A stretch of 64,000 nt of DNA from an uncultured Geobacteraceae bacterium (GTDB taxonomy: Bacteria > Desulfobacterota > Desulfuromonadia > Geobacterales > Pseudopelobacteraceae): contig CAZDWS010000003.1 of the NCBI GenBank assembly GCA_964509295.1, positions 143,300 through 207,299 of the forward strand. The letters are read 5' to 3'. Shown here one piece after another: positions 1 through 10,458 of the stretch; position 1 is the first letter of the stretch; every line of letters begins with the position of its first letter. The notes under the pieces were generated by a model. That model saw nothing but the letters and a program-made list of their open reading frames with translations, ran no database searches and was not told the DNA's origin. The position numbers and the translations under genes were made by a program.

Positions 1-1
1 A

Positions 2-505
2 CAGCTGTAGTATCACTATCAACACCAAAGTAAGTGTTGCCTGTAATATGCTTAGAAACTGCAGTAAATGTAGTATTGGCAAGTAAAGCAGCACCACCAA
101 CATTAGTACCAGCGCCAATCATAACGTTGTTACCCAAAGGGATCTGAATACCTCTGGTAACTCCATTAGCATCAGTAGCACTGATTGTAGGGATATTACC
201 TGCACCACCATTTGGACCTGTAAGCACTTGTGCAGCAGCTGGCGGGCCACCTGCCCATGCAAGGAAAACAGGTGGATTAGCTTGCACAACAGCTTGAGTT
301 GCACCAAAAACCTGTGCATCACCGAAAAGTGCAGCTTGTGAAGTGGCAAGACCACGAACGTCACTCTGCGCCGAGGCATTGAAGCCACGAGAACGATAAG
401 CAGCAAACTGAGGAATGGCAATAGCTGCCAGGATGCCGATGATCGCTACAACGATCAAAAGCTCGATGAGGGTAAAACCTTGTCTGTTACGCATTTTGTT
501 AAGCA
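2..505 (-). CDS. pilA: Type IVa pilin (PilA-like). Partial: the N-terminus is in the window and the C-terminus runs off the window start. At least 168 aa.
   Basis: I translated the reverse complement of 1-505 by hand and found no stop codon. It reads MLNKMRNRQ-G|FTLIELLIVVAIIGILAAIAIPQF..., a class III signal peptide with the prepilin peptidase cleavage site and the conserved alpha1 helix (E5, hydrophobic stretch). An AGGAG RBS lies 8 nt upstream. The ORF track missed it because it has no stop in the window; the listed 119..421(-) ORF is a different frame. Confidence 0.85.
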
Positions 506-576
506 TGGTTTATCTCCTTTGGGGTTTAGCTCTACATTGAAGAGCTTATGGAATGTGATTTCTTATAGTTTTAAGT

Positions 577-594
577 TAGCAAAATACAAGCCAA
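577..594 (-). promoter_or_regulatory. Sigma-54 (RpoN) -24/-12 promoter driving the pilin gene
   Basis: The minus strand reads TTGACATTGGCTTGTATTTTGCTAAC. This gives TGGCtt-N5-TTGCT, with GG and GC exactly 12 bp apart, matching the consensus TGGCAC-N5-TTGCW. It lies about 75 bp upstream of the pilin ATG and directly downstream of a sigma-54 activator gene. Confidence 0.6.
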
Positions 595-675
595 TGTCAA
601 GCATTACATAACATATCGATATAATTATATTTTATTTTCATGTTATACATACTGACTTTAAATACAACAATCACA

Positions 676-703
676 CGTCACAAGCAGTGACAATTAATGT
701 CAC
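676..703. promoter_or_regulatory. Putative enhancer (UAS) for the sigma-54 activator. Three palindromic half-sites spaced 11 bp apart.
   Basis: cGTCAC-aagca-GTGACA-attaa-TGTCAC. The central and right half-sites form a perfect 6-5-6 palindrome, and the left one matches 5/6. It sits about 85-110 bp upstream of the -24 element, the usual enhancer-binding-protein (EBP) enhancer distance. Confidence 0.35.
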
Positions 704-710
704 TTATATT

Positions 711-2087
711 TTAATCTTCTCCCGTATCCAAACCAAATTTTGCTAACCTGTACCGGAAAGAACGAAAAGACATCCCAAGCAGTTCCCCGGCCTTTTTCTT
801 GGCCCCCCCAGTCTTCTCCAATGCTTTCAGCAGATATTGTTTTTCCAAATTCTCCAATAGCGGTTCCAGTTCCATGCCTTCATCCGGAATATTTATTTCA
901 GTGGATAATGATGACGTATAAACAGCTCTTACCTGAGCAGGCAGATTGCTTTCTGTAATTATTGAGCAATCAAGTATCAGGCTGCGTTCGACCAGATTCT
1001 CAAGTTCGCGGATGTTTCCTGGAAAGGAGTAATTCATCAAAGCCTTAAGGGCTGCGTTCGTAATAACGTCACCATGTGGTTCGGAACTGCTATACTTTCT
1101 AAAAAAATGCTCCACAAGTATTGGTATATCTTCTATTCGCTCTCGCAATGCAGGAAGGTCGATTTGCACAACATTAACGCGATAGAATAGATCTTCACGG
1201 AAAGCACCAGCTTTGACACTACCCAACAGGTCACGATTGGAGGCTGTTAGAATTCGCACATCGGTTTTCTGAACCTGCGTTCCGCCGACACGCCTGAATT
1301 CCCTTTCCTGCAGGACACGAAGCAGCTTGGTCTGCATCAACAATGGCAGTTCGCTGATTTCGTCCAGGAAAAGAGTCCCCCCCTCCCCTTGCTCGAAAAG
1401 ACCGGCACGGTCGGCCACAGCACCGGTAAAGGAACCTTTTTTATGTCCAAACAGCTCACTTTCAATCAGAGATTCCGGAATAGCACCACAGTTGACGGCT
1501 ACGAATGGTTTTAAACGTCTTGGGCTGTTATCATGGATAGCTTTGGCAACCAGTTCTTTACCTGTGCCGCTTTCACCCAGAATCATTACAGAACTGCTAC
1601 TGGGTGCGACCTTCTGGATCAGCTCAAATATTTCCCGCATTTTGGGACTGTTGCCAATTATTCCACAAAAACTGTCTCTATGCTGAACGGCCTGCTTGAG
1701 AAGGGTATTTTCGCGCTTGAGGTCGGATTTTTCCAGGGCGTTGCGAACAAGAATCTTGATTTCATCAATTTTAAATGGTTTGGCTATGTAATCGTAGGCA
1801 CCGAGTTTCATTGCTTCTACAGCCTGTTCCGCAGCAGAGAAGGCTGTCATCATCAATACTGCTGTTGCCGGCGACTTGGCCTTGATCCGTCCCAGCAATT
1901 CAATACCATTCAATCCCGGCATCTGAACGTCTGAGATGACAAGGTCAAACAGGTTGTTTTCCAGCATAGTAAGAGCTTCATTGGCACTGGAAGCCATGAC
2001 AGCCTCATACCCTTCTCTTTCAAGAAGAATGGCCAGAAATTCCCGCATGCTCAATTCATCATCTACAATCAATATTCTGGTGTTCAT
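711..2087 (-). CDS. Sigma-54-dependent response regulator (NtrC/PilR family): REC + AAA+ sigma-54 interaction domain + C-terminal Fis-type HTH
   Basis: N-terminal receiver (MNTRILIVDDE...D54 context 'LVISDVQMPG'), AAA+ Walker A 'GESGTGKE', a GAFTGA-like 'GSFTGA' motif, and a C-terminal HTH. It lies immediately upstream of and co-directional with the pilin gene. Confidence 0.85.
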   Translation of the reverse strand: MNTRILIVDDELSMREFLAILLEREGYEAVMASSANEALTMLENNLFDLVISDVQMPGLNGIELLGRIKAKSPATAVLMMTAFSAAEQAVEAMKLGAYDYIAKPFKIDEIKILVRNALEKSDLKRENTLLKQAVQHRDSFCGIIGNSPKMREIFELIQKVAPSSSSVMILGESGTGKELVAKAIHDNSPRRLKPFVAVNCGAIPESLIESELFGHKKGSFTGAVADRAGLFEQGEGGTLFLDEISELPLLMQTKLLRVLQEREFRRVGGTQVQKTDVRILTASNRDLLGSVKAGAFREDLFYRVNVVQIDLPALRERIEDIPILVEHFFRKYSSSEPHGDVITNAALKALMNYSFPGNIRELENLVERSLILDCSIITESNLPAQVRAVYTSSLSTEINIPDEGMELEPLLENLEKQYLLKALEKTGGAKKKAGELLGMSFRSFRYRLAKFGLDTGED

Positions 2088-2137
2088 GACATCTCCCAGA
2101 GGAATTATAAAATACTTTCAGCAAATACCAACTCAAT

Positions 2138-3295
2138 TTAACCGATTCTTCGCAATCCATCAGCAATTTTAATATTGATGGCCCGCCAGGCCGGAAAAAT
2201 GGCGGCTACAACACCAATAATTATGGAGAAAAGCACATCCAGGTACAAAGTGGTCAGCTCAACCTGAAAAACCGGGAAAAAGGCTCCCATCTCATCACCG
2301 AACTTTTGTGCTACCGGAAATGTCAGCAGTATTCCGATACAACAACCGAACAATGAAATCAACATTGATTCACCGAAAACCATACCGCCAATATGCCAGG
2401 AACGAAAGCCCATGGCCTTGAATATGGCATATTCACCGATACGTTCACGTGCTGTCATTGCCATGGTATTTGCCACTACAGCCATGATAATCAGAATGAC
2501 AACAAAAGAGACAATCTGTATTGCTACAACTATCGCTTCGGTCATGGAAATGAAGCTCAATTGAAAGGCTTTCTCCGTTTCAGTTAGTGTTTCGGCCAGA
2601 GAATTTTTAAATAACCTGTCAACAGCAAGAGATGTTTCTGCAGCATCTTTCGGGCTTTTTAGCGCTATCAGGAATATTCCGGTCTGGTCAGCGCGGCGCG
2701 GAACGGTTTTTCTGAGGGTTTCATTCAGGTAAGCCCAGTGGAAAAACATCTGGGTTTCATCGGTGGACTTATCTACCCCTTCATAGATACCATGCAGCAC
2801 AAACTCCCAGTTGCCTGGAAAGATAGTTCCTTTAAGAGTGATGTTATCTCCGATTTTCCAGCCGAAGCGTTCAGCCAGCTTCCTGCCTACAATGCATCCC
2901 TTGCGGTCACTCAGAAACAGGCGTTTCTGCTCCGGGGGCAATATAAATTCCGGGTATAAATCCAGATAGGATCTGGGTTCGATGGCAAAATTGGGGAAGA
3001 AATTTTTCTCATTGACATATACACCACCAAACCAGTTGGCGTAACTGACTGATTTGACGCCTTCAACCTGTTTAATGCGTTCCTGGTAGGAAATCGGCAA
3101 AGAAAAAATAAGTGAAATGGAATTGCGTGTAATCAGTCGGCTTGCCGATGAAGAGTTGACTCCAGCGTACCATGCAGTAACAACAGTGCTTAACAAGCCA
3201 TACGACAGAATGGCAATGGTAATGCCCAGAATAGTTAGACCTGTTCTGAGCTTGTGACGAAAAACATTTCTGAACAGAATCTTAAGCAGATACAT
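2138..3295 (-). CDS. ABC transporter permease, FtsX/MacB family
   Basis: 385 aa with an N-terminal TM helix, a large periplasmic loop, and C-terminal FtsX-like TM helices. It overlaps the upstream ATPase gene by 14 nt. Confidence 0.8.
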   Translation of the reverse strand: MYLLKILFRNVFRHKLRTGLTILGITIAILSYGLLSTVVTAWYAGVNSSSASRLITRNSISLIFSLPISYQERIKQVEGVKSVSYANWFGGVYVNEKNFFPNFAIEPRSYLDLYPEFILPPEQKRLFLSDRKGCIVGRKLAERFGWKIGDNITLKGTIFPGNWEFVLHGIYEGVDKSTDETQMFFHWAYLNETLRKTVPRRADQTGIFLIALKSPKDAAETSLAVDRLFKNSLAETLTETEKAFQLSFISMTEAIVVAIQIVSFVVILIIMAVVANTMAMTARERIGEYAIFKAMGFRSWHIGGMVFGESMLISLFGCCIGILLTFPVAQKFGDEMGAFFPVFQVELTTLYLDVLFSIIIGVVAAIFPAWRAINIKIADGLRRIG

Positions 3296-3983
3296 TGTTC
3301 AGCTCGCCCTTATCCAGGTGCCTTATCAGGTGAGCAGCTTCGGCTGCCCGTGGGTCATGTGTAACCATAATGATAGTTTTACCGAATTCCGCATTCAGGC
3401 GTGAAATCAGGTCAAGAATATCCTGGGCTGAGACCTTGTCCAGATCTCCCGTCGGCTCATCAGCCACCAGTATGGTTGGATCGGTTACTATTGCACGGGC
3501 AATGGCTACACGTTGCTGCTGTCCGCCTGACAGTTGAGAGGGATAATGCTCCATACGATCTGCCAGACCGACGACAGAAAGAGCCGTATTGACATGCTCC
3601 TTGCGTTCAGAGCGTGACAGCGATGTCAGCAGCAGTGGCAATTCCACATTTTCAAATGCGGTTAACACCGGAATCAGATTGTAAAACTGGAAGATAAATC
3701 CCACATGGGCAGAGCGCCAGCGTGCCAGATCGCTTTCGGAGAGTGTTGCAATATCAACTCCGTTGATGGATATGGATCCGCTGTCTACAGTATCAATTCC
3801 GGAAATCAGATTGAGCAGCGTGCTTTTGCCTGATCCGGAAGGTCCCATCAGAGCCAGAAACTCGCCTTTCTCAATTTCAAAGGTGATTCTGTCAAGCACA
3901 AGGATGTTTTGACTTCCACGCGTATAGGATTTGGAGACATTATTAATATTAACTATGGTCTGTTTTGAATCCATGGCCATCAT
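3282..3983 (-). CDS. ABC transporter ATP-binding protein (MacB/LolD-like)
   Basis: Walker A 'GPSGSGKST', ABC signature 'LSGGQQQRVAIARA', and Walker B 'ILVADEPTGDLD'. Confidence 0.9.
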   Translation of the reverse strand: MMAMDSKQTIVNINNVSKSYTRGSQNILVLDRITFEIEKGEFLALMGPSGSGKSTLLNLISGIDTVDSGSISINGVDIATLSESDLARWRSAHVGFIFQFYNLIPVLTAFENVELPLLLTSLSRSERKEHVNTALSVVGLADRMEHYPSQLSGGQQQRVAIARAIVTDPTILVADEPTGDLDKVSAQDILDLISRLNAEFGKTIIMVTHDPRAAEAAHLIRHLDKGELNNVSA

Positions 3984-5191
3984 TTCTTTTCCGGCAGCGA
4001 AACACTGGAACCATCTTTAAGCTTGTTCAGTGGTTTGATAGCAACCCTGTCACCGGATTTTACGCCAGTGACCTCAACCATATCACCAAACTTAACACCG
4101 CGTTTAACAGGGGTAAAAACAACCCTGTCCCCATTGAGCAGATAAACACCTTCAATATCGCCTGATTTAACAATTGCAGCCGGATTAATTACAATTCGCG
4201 GGCTTTGTTCGCTAGTTTTTGTTTCCCGCTCAAGAAAGGCAACCTTGGCACTCATCTCGGGCAAAACACGACTATCCTTGTCTATGAATTTAACCTTTAC
4301 CATTACTGAAGCCTTGGACCGGTCTGCAGTCGGAACGATCGTATGCACAACACCTTTTAAGCGGATATTCTGCAGAGCATCAAGGATGATTTCACATGGC
4401 TGCCCGTTCTTGACCGAGGCCAGATTTGATTCAGACACATCGGCCTCCACCATCAGAGAATCCAGATCAGCAATGGTTACTACCGCTGCCTTGGCATTGG
4501 CCGCAGCCCCGAGAGGCGTTATAATATCACCCACATCTGCATTTTTTGTTAACACAACAGAATCAAACGGGGCCCGGATCAGGGTATAATCGAAATTAAC
4601 GTTGGAACTTTGCAGAGCAGCCTGTGCAGAGCGAACCCCAGCCTCAGCACCGGAAACAGCAGCTACAGCTCGCTTGTAGCGCGCCTCACTGATGTCAAAT
4701 TCAGATTGGGCTACAATTCCCTGAATTAAAAGTTCCTTCTGCCGATTAAAAGATTTTTGAGCGTCCGCTCGTTCTACCAGAGCCTGCTCCAGGGAGGCCC
4801 TGCTATTTTGAACAGCTGCTTCACTCTGTCGTACAGCAGCTTCCAGATCCTTGTTTTCCAGGCGCGCAATGACCTGCCCAGCCTTTACCCTACTCCCCTC
4901 CTCAACACCAAGCCACTCCAGCCGACCTGTTGCTTTTGCAGCAACCGAGGCCTTACGCTGGGCAACCACATAACCACTGGCATTCAGCATTGTAAAAGAT
5001 TGAGACGGATACACCTGTGCAACCGAGATAGTATCAATAGTGACCTTGGTATTTTTAAGTAGAAAAAAAATAACAACAACCACAATTAGAAAGGCAATTG
5101 AAACAATCAAACCGATTCGTTTTTTTTTAGATGGTGAACCAAGCTGCATACTTTTATCTATCGAAAGTTTGTTAAGTGAGTCAGAAGACAT
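3980..5191 (-). CDS. Efflux transporter periplasmic adaptor subunit (HlyD/MacA/RND-MFP family)
   Basis: N-terminal TM anchor, coiled-coil region, and lipoyl/beta-barrel segments typical of membrane fusion proteins. A 4-nt overlap with the ATPase gene indicates operonic coupling. Confidence 0.85.
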   Translation of the reverse strand: MSSDSLNKLSIDKSMQLGSPSKKKRIGLIVSIAFLIVVVVIFFLLKNTKVTIDTISVAQVYPSQSFTMLNASGYVVAQRKASVAAKATGRLEWLGVEEGSRVKAGQVIARLENKDLEAAVRQSEAAVQNSRASLEQALVERADAQKSFNRQKELLIQGIVAQSEFDISEARYKRAVAAVSGAEAGVRSAQAALQSSNVNFDYTLIRAPFDSVVLTKNADVGDIITPLGAAANAKAAVVTIADLDSLMVEADVSESNLASVKNGQPCEIILDALQNIRLKGVVHTIVPTADRSKASVMVKVKFIDKDSRVLPEMSAKVAFLERETKTSEQSPRIVINPAAIVKSGDIEGVYLLNGDRVVFTPVKRGVKFGDMVEVTGVKSGDRVAIKPLNKLKDGSSVSLPEKK

Positions 5192-5371
5192 ATTTTACCC
5201 CTAAAACTTTAACCATCATTTGCTGAAGTTAGCTAAACTTAGACCTGATCATTAATAGCACTAATATGAGATAATGTGAATAGTTCACAATACTTCTGGT
5301 TGAATAAAAATTTTATCATTTATTTTGTTCCGGTGGCTGTAATTTTGATAATTTTGTGTTATAGGAATTAA

Positions 5372-6724
<1,353 letters not shown>

Positions 6725-6746
6725 TTCTTACATACATAAATAAAAA

Positions 6747-6782
6747 AGAGAGGCGGGAATTTTCCCGCCTCTCTTTTTTTAT
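6747..6782 (+). terminator. Rho-independent terminator after eno
   Basis: AGAGAGGCGGGA-attt-TCCCGCCTCTCT stem followed by a T8 run. Confidence 0.7.
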
Positions 6783-6799
6783 AATTTAAATATTATATT

Positions 6800-7258
6800 T
6801 TATAGATATACACCACATCCAAGCCAGAGATTATTATCAATCTTAATAACATATGATGCTTTGGCTTTGGTTTCTTTCGTCACAGGGTGTGACCACTTGT
6901 AGTCATACCAGCCACCTCCTTTGTTTGCCACATCAATCAGATCTTTAATAAGCAATTTACCGTCAGCGTCTTTCATGTCGATCAGGTTTTTACCGATCAG
7001 TGACGGATTGGTAACCAGGGCAACATTGGTTCCGGTAAAATCATAGGCAAAAATATAGAGGTCGCGATCAACAAATTGACCTTTAGGGTTATTGAATTCG
7101 GCAATTGCTTTTTCTTTGCCATTTTTCTTGATATAATCTGCCGCCTTCTTGACAAGTGCCTGGGCTTCATCCTTACTACCCTGATTTGCTGCCATCAGAT
7201 TTCCAGCGCCACACAACAAAAACAGACCCATCATCAATAATGCTGTTAATTTTTTCAT
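6800..7258 (-). CDS. Secreted/periplasmic single-Cache (PAS-like) domain protein
   Basis: Signal peptide MKKLTALLMMGLFLLCGAGNLMA, and a 'GGGWYDYKW' motif characteristic of Cache/PDC sensor folds. It has no transmitter domain. Confidence 0.6.
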   Translation of the reverse strand: MKKLTALLMMGLFLLCGAGNLMAANQGSKDEAQALVKKAADYIKKNGKEKAIAEFNNPKGQFVDRDLYIFAYDFTGTNVALVTNPSLIGKNLIDMKDADGKLLIKDLIDVANKGGGWYDYKWSHPVTKETKAKASYVIKIDNNLWLGCGVYL

Positions 7259-7334
7259 TTCTCGTAAACTCCTTTTTTGTTTTAAGTATTTAAATCTTTA
7301 CAACGTGAAATATACAAAATTTTATTTAAAGAGA

Positions 7335-7784
7335 TCACATATGACTCACCTCCTTTACATCAGTGCTGCCAACTGTGTTTTTTAAAGTACAAGATAATTT
7401 TTCACAATCTAAGTATTTGTTTTTATGGTCATATTCACACGATATTTCCTTTGAATATGTATATATGTTTTTACTGACATCAGCTTTTTTAAGTGCCGAA
7501 CTATCGAGAGTAATATGTTCACCAATCCTGAATTTCAGACAATTATCACAAATTACTGAAATATATCTGGCCTGACTTCCGGCAACCTGAATAATCAACA
7601 TATTATTGTATGTTCCAACTATGATCGCCTCAACCTGCAAACCTGATTGGGCAAATTCGTCAAATTGACCACTTGCTTGATCCATTCCAGATTCACCGAT
7701 ATTTAATAATGCTGATCTTAATTTTTCCACATCCAAAAGTGCTGCGCGCAACTTGTCGATATTGTTAATCCTCTTTGATTCCAT
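7335..7784 (-). CDS. Hypothetical protein, 149 aa, Cys-rich (CDNC...C...C...C), low GC
   Basis: Single long ORF in an AT-rich stretch. I recognise no family from the sequence. Confidence 0.45.
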   Translation of the reverse strand: MESKRINNIDKLRAALLDVEKLRSALLNIGESGMDQASGQFDEFAQSGLQVEAIIVGTYNNMLIIQVAGSQARYISVICDNCLKFRIGEHITLDSSALKKADVSKNIYTYSKEISCEYDHKNKYLDCEKLSCTLKNTVGSTDVKEVSHM

Positions 7785-7986
7785 TGCTAACCTCTTTCAT
7801 AAAATTCGAGTTTTCGACGCACTTAAATTAATAAGTACTTATTTTTATGACAAGGTTATAACACGTCAAAGAAATGGTAACAATCGGTCAACAGGTCATT
7901 TTTGATAGTAAAAAGGGCTACAACTAATGGTTATTTTTGGGAAGGAGATATTACTTAAAAAGCCGAATTATTAGTAGAAATGTAAC

Positions 7987-8592
7987 TTAAAGGAATCTTG
8001 AGGTTTTAAGTTTCATGCCAAGCGGAACCAACTGCGTACGTCGAACAAGATTCAGTTTTTTAAAAATACTATTAAGATGAGTTTTGACAGTTTGCTCACT
8101 GGCTTTTAAACTAGCGGCGATTTGTTTATTGGTATGGCCTTCCGAAACAAGAATGACTACATCACGTTCCTTTGTAGTCAATGTTCCGGCCTCAATTGTT
8201 TCTTTAGAATTTTCGGCAAAATTTACCAATGCCTTGATTTTGTTATTATCAATCCAAATTTGTCCATTGCCGATTGCCTTAAAAGCCCTGACCAGGAGGT
8301 TGATATCCACGTTTGTGGCAATTATTCCATCAATTTTATTATAAATAATCAAGGATGATAATGCTTCTTCGCTCAAACCGTAATCCAGCAAAACACTTTT
8401 GGCACTAACCAGACAGTCAGCCTTTTCATTCCCTATTGTATACGGATCAATAATTACAAAATCCGGCTCAAAGCCGGCAGTGTACAAATTTTCACAAGTC
8501 ATTAAAACATCACTGATATCAGGATGTTTTTTCAGTTGTTCCTGTAGAGCTCTGCCCAATAATGAGCTCCCAAGATTTATAGCAATACGCAT
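7987..8592 (-). CDS. LuxR-family transcriptional regulator with a degenerate (pseudo-)receiver domain
   Basis: C-terminal LuxR/GerE HTH ('TKERDVVILVSEGHTNKQIAASLKASEQTVKTHLNSIFKKL'). The N-terminal REC-like fold lacks the acidic pair at its start. Confidence 0.75.
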   Translation of the reverse strand: MRIAINLGSSLLGRALQEQLKKHPDISDVLMTCENLYTAGFEPDFVIIDPYTIGNEKADCLVSAKSVLLDYGLSEEALSSLIIYNKIDGIIATNVDINLLVRAFKAIGNGQIWIDNNKIKALVNFAENSKETIEAGTLTTKERDVVILVSEGHTNKQIAASLKASEQTVKTHLNSIFKKLNLVRRTQLVPLGMKLKTSRFL

Positions 8593-8782
8593 GAAAACCT
8601 CCTAAAAGTGTGAAATAGGCATAATTAATACATTTAAATGCGTCAGATGTAAAGAGTCTGGTTGTCATAAAAGTCAGTCCGACAATTGGATACAGTCAAT
8701 ATTAACTTGAATAATCAAAACAATATGGCATATTTAGCGCATAATATCAGTAATCAGAATATTTGAGCCAAAGGAGCAACCG

Positions 8783-10375
8783 ATGAACAATTCCGCTCTC
8801 TGGAACCGTTACAAATCCAATCTCTGCAGCAGTCCTGAAATTGGTCTTTCCCTTGATATCAGCAGAATGAATTTCAACGACAATTATTTTAGCAATTTGG
8901 AAGCACAAATTCAAAAATCTTTTGCCAGTATGGCTGCACTGGAAAAAGGTGAGATTGCAAATCCGGATGAAGGGCGCATGGTTGGCCACTATTGGCTCAG
9001 GAACAGTAATCTCGCTCCATCAGAAGAACTCAAAATTGAGATTGAGAATTGCCTGGCCAAAATATCGGCTTTTGCCAACGACATTCATAAAGGCAAGATC
9101 AATGCTGCCAATGGTAAATCTTTTACTAATATTTTAATCATCGGAATCGGCGGATCTGCACTTGGTCCACAGTTTGTTGCCGATGCTCTTGCTACTCCCA
9201 CTGATCCTATCAAACCCTGGTTTCTGGACAACACCGATCCGGATGGCATTGACCGCGTAATAGCACAGATCGGTGACGGATTATCACAAACACTGACAAT
9301 TGTTATCTCTAAAAGCGGTTCAACCAAAGAAACTCGTAATGGCATGCTGGAAACAAAAACTGCTTACCGAAAAGCCGGCCTGGATTTTTCACGCCATGCG
9401 GTAGCGATTACAGGAATTGACAGCGAACTTGACAAAGTGGCTAAGGCAGAAGGTTGGATTGAACGTTTCCCCATGTGGGACTGGGTCGGCGGTCGCACTT
9501 CTGTACTGTCTGCAGTAGGTCTGTTGCCGGCCGCCCTGCAGGGTATCAATATTCAGGCCATGCTTGAGGGTGCAAGAAAATGTGATGCTATTACACGCAG
9601 CTCTGAAACCAGTAAAAACCCGGCTGCACTGATGGCATTGATGTGGAATTATGCCACAAATGGACGGGGCGAAAAGGATATGGTGCTGCTTCCATACAAA
9701 GATCGCCTGTTGCTCTTCTCCCGTTATCTGCAGCAGTTACTGATGGAATCGCTGGGCAAGGAACTTGACCTGGACGGTAAGGTTGTCTGCCAGGGTTTAT
9801 CGGTTTACGGAAACAAAGGATCAACAGACCAGCATGCCTACGTACAGCAGTTGCGTGAAGGCGTTGCTAATTTTTTTGTAACATTCATTGAGGTTCTGCA
9901 GGATCGGGAAGGCACTTCAATGCAGGTTGAAGAAGGTATTACCAGCGGCGATTTCCTGTTCGGTTTTCTACAGGGAACCAGAAAAGCGCTCCATGACAAT
10001 GGTCGTGAATCAATGACCATCACAGTGAATCGAATCGATGCAGCTACAATTGGGGTTTTAATTGCCCTGTTCGAACGTGCAGTTGGATTTTATGCCAGCC
10101 TGATCAATATCAATGCCTATCATCAACCTGGTGTTGAAGCGGGCAAAAAAGCTGCAACTGCAGTAATTGCCCTGCAAATAGACGTAATATCAGCTTTAAG
10201 GAAATGCAGCGGTGCAATGACAGCAGATCAGGTTGCGACTGCAATCGGGAAACCGGAAGAAGCGGAAACTGTCTATACTATCTTAAGACATCTGGCAGCT
10301 AACCCAGACCGGGGCATAGATTTTATTGTAAATAATAATGTTTCCGAATGGACTTTCAAGTTAAAGACAACATAA
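8783..10375 (+). CDS. pgi: Glucose-6-phosphate isomerase
   Basis: 530 aa. The PGI signature region '[17 protein letters not shown]' and the SIS domains are present. An AAAGGAG RBS lies upstream. Confidence 0.9.
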   Translation: MNNSALWNRYKSNLCSSPEIGLSLDISRMNFNDNYFSNLEAQIQKSFASMAALEKGEIANPDEGRMVGHYWLRNSNLAPSEELKIEIENCLAKISAFANDIHKGKINAANGKSFTNILIIGIGGSALGPQFVADALATPTDPIKPWFLDNTDPDGIDRVIAQIGDGLSQTLTIVISKSGSTKETRNGMLETKTAYRKAGLDFSRHAVAITGIDSELDKVAKAEGWIERFPMWDWVGGRTSVLSAVGLLPAALQGINIQAMLEGARKCDAITRSSETSKNPAALMALMWNYATNGRGEKDMVLLPYKDRLLLFSRYLQQLLMESLGKELDLDGKVVCQGLSVYGNKGSTDQHAYVQQLREGVANFFVTFIEVLQDREGTSMQVEEGITSGDFLFGFLQGTRKALHDNGRESMTITVNRIDAATIGVLIALFERAVGFYASLININAYHQPGVEAGKKAATAVIALQIDVISALRKCSGAMTADQVATAIGKPEEAETVYTILRHLAANPDRGIDFIVNNNVSEWTFKLKTT

Positions 10376-10383
10376 CAAATTAA

Positions 10384-10427
10384 AACGCCGTAAAAACCTG
10401 ATCAGAGGTTTTTACGGCGTTTTTTTA
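10384..10427 (+). terminator. Rho-independent terminator after pgi
   Basis: AACGCCGTAAAAACCTG...AGGTTTTTACGGCGTT long stem followed by a T7 run. Confidence 0.7.
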
Positions 10428-10458
10428 CAGAAACAGGATTCTGGTTGAATCAACCTAA

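Noticed and set aside
119-421. 100-aa ORF on the minus strand listed in the ORF track
   Set aside because: It lies entirely inside the pilin gene in a different frame. The pilin frame has a canonical class III signal peptide and RBS, and this ORF has neither. It is a spurious overlap.
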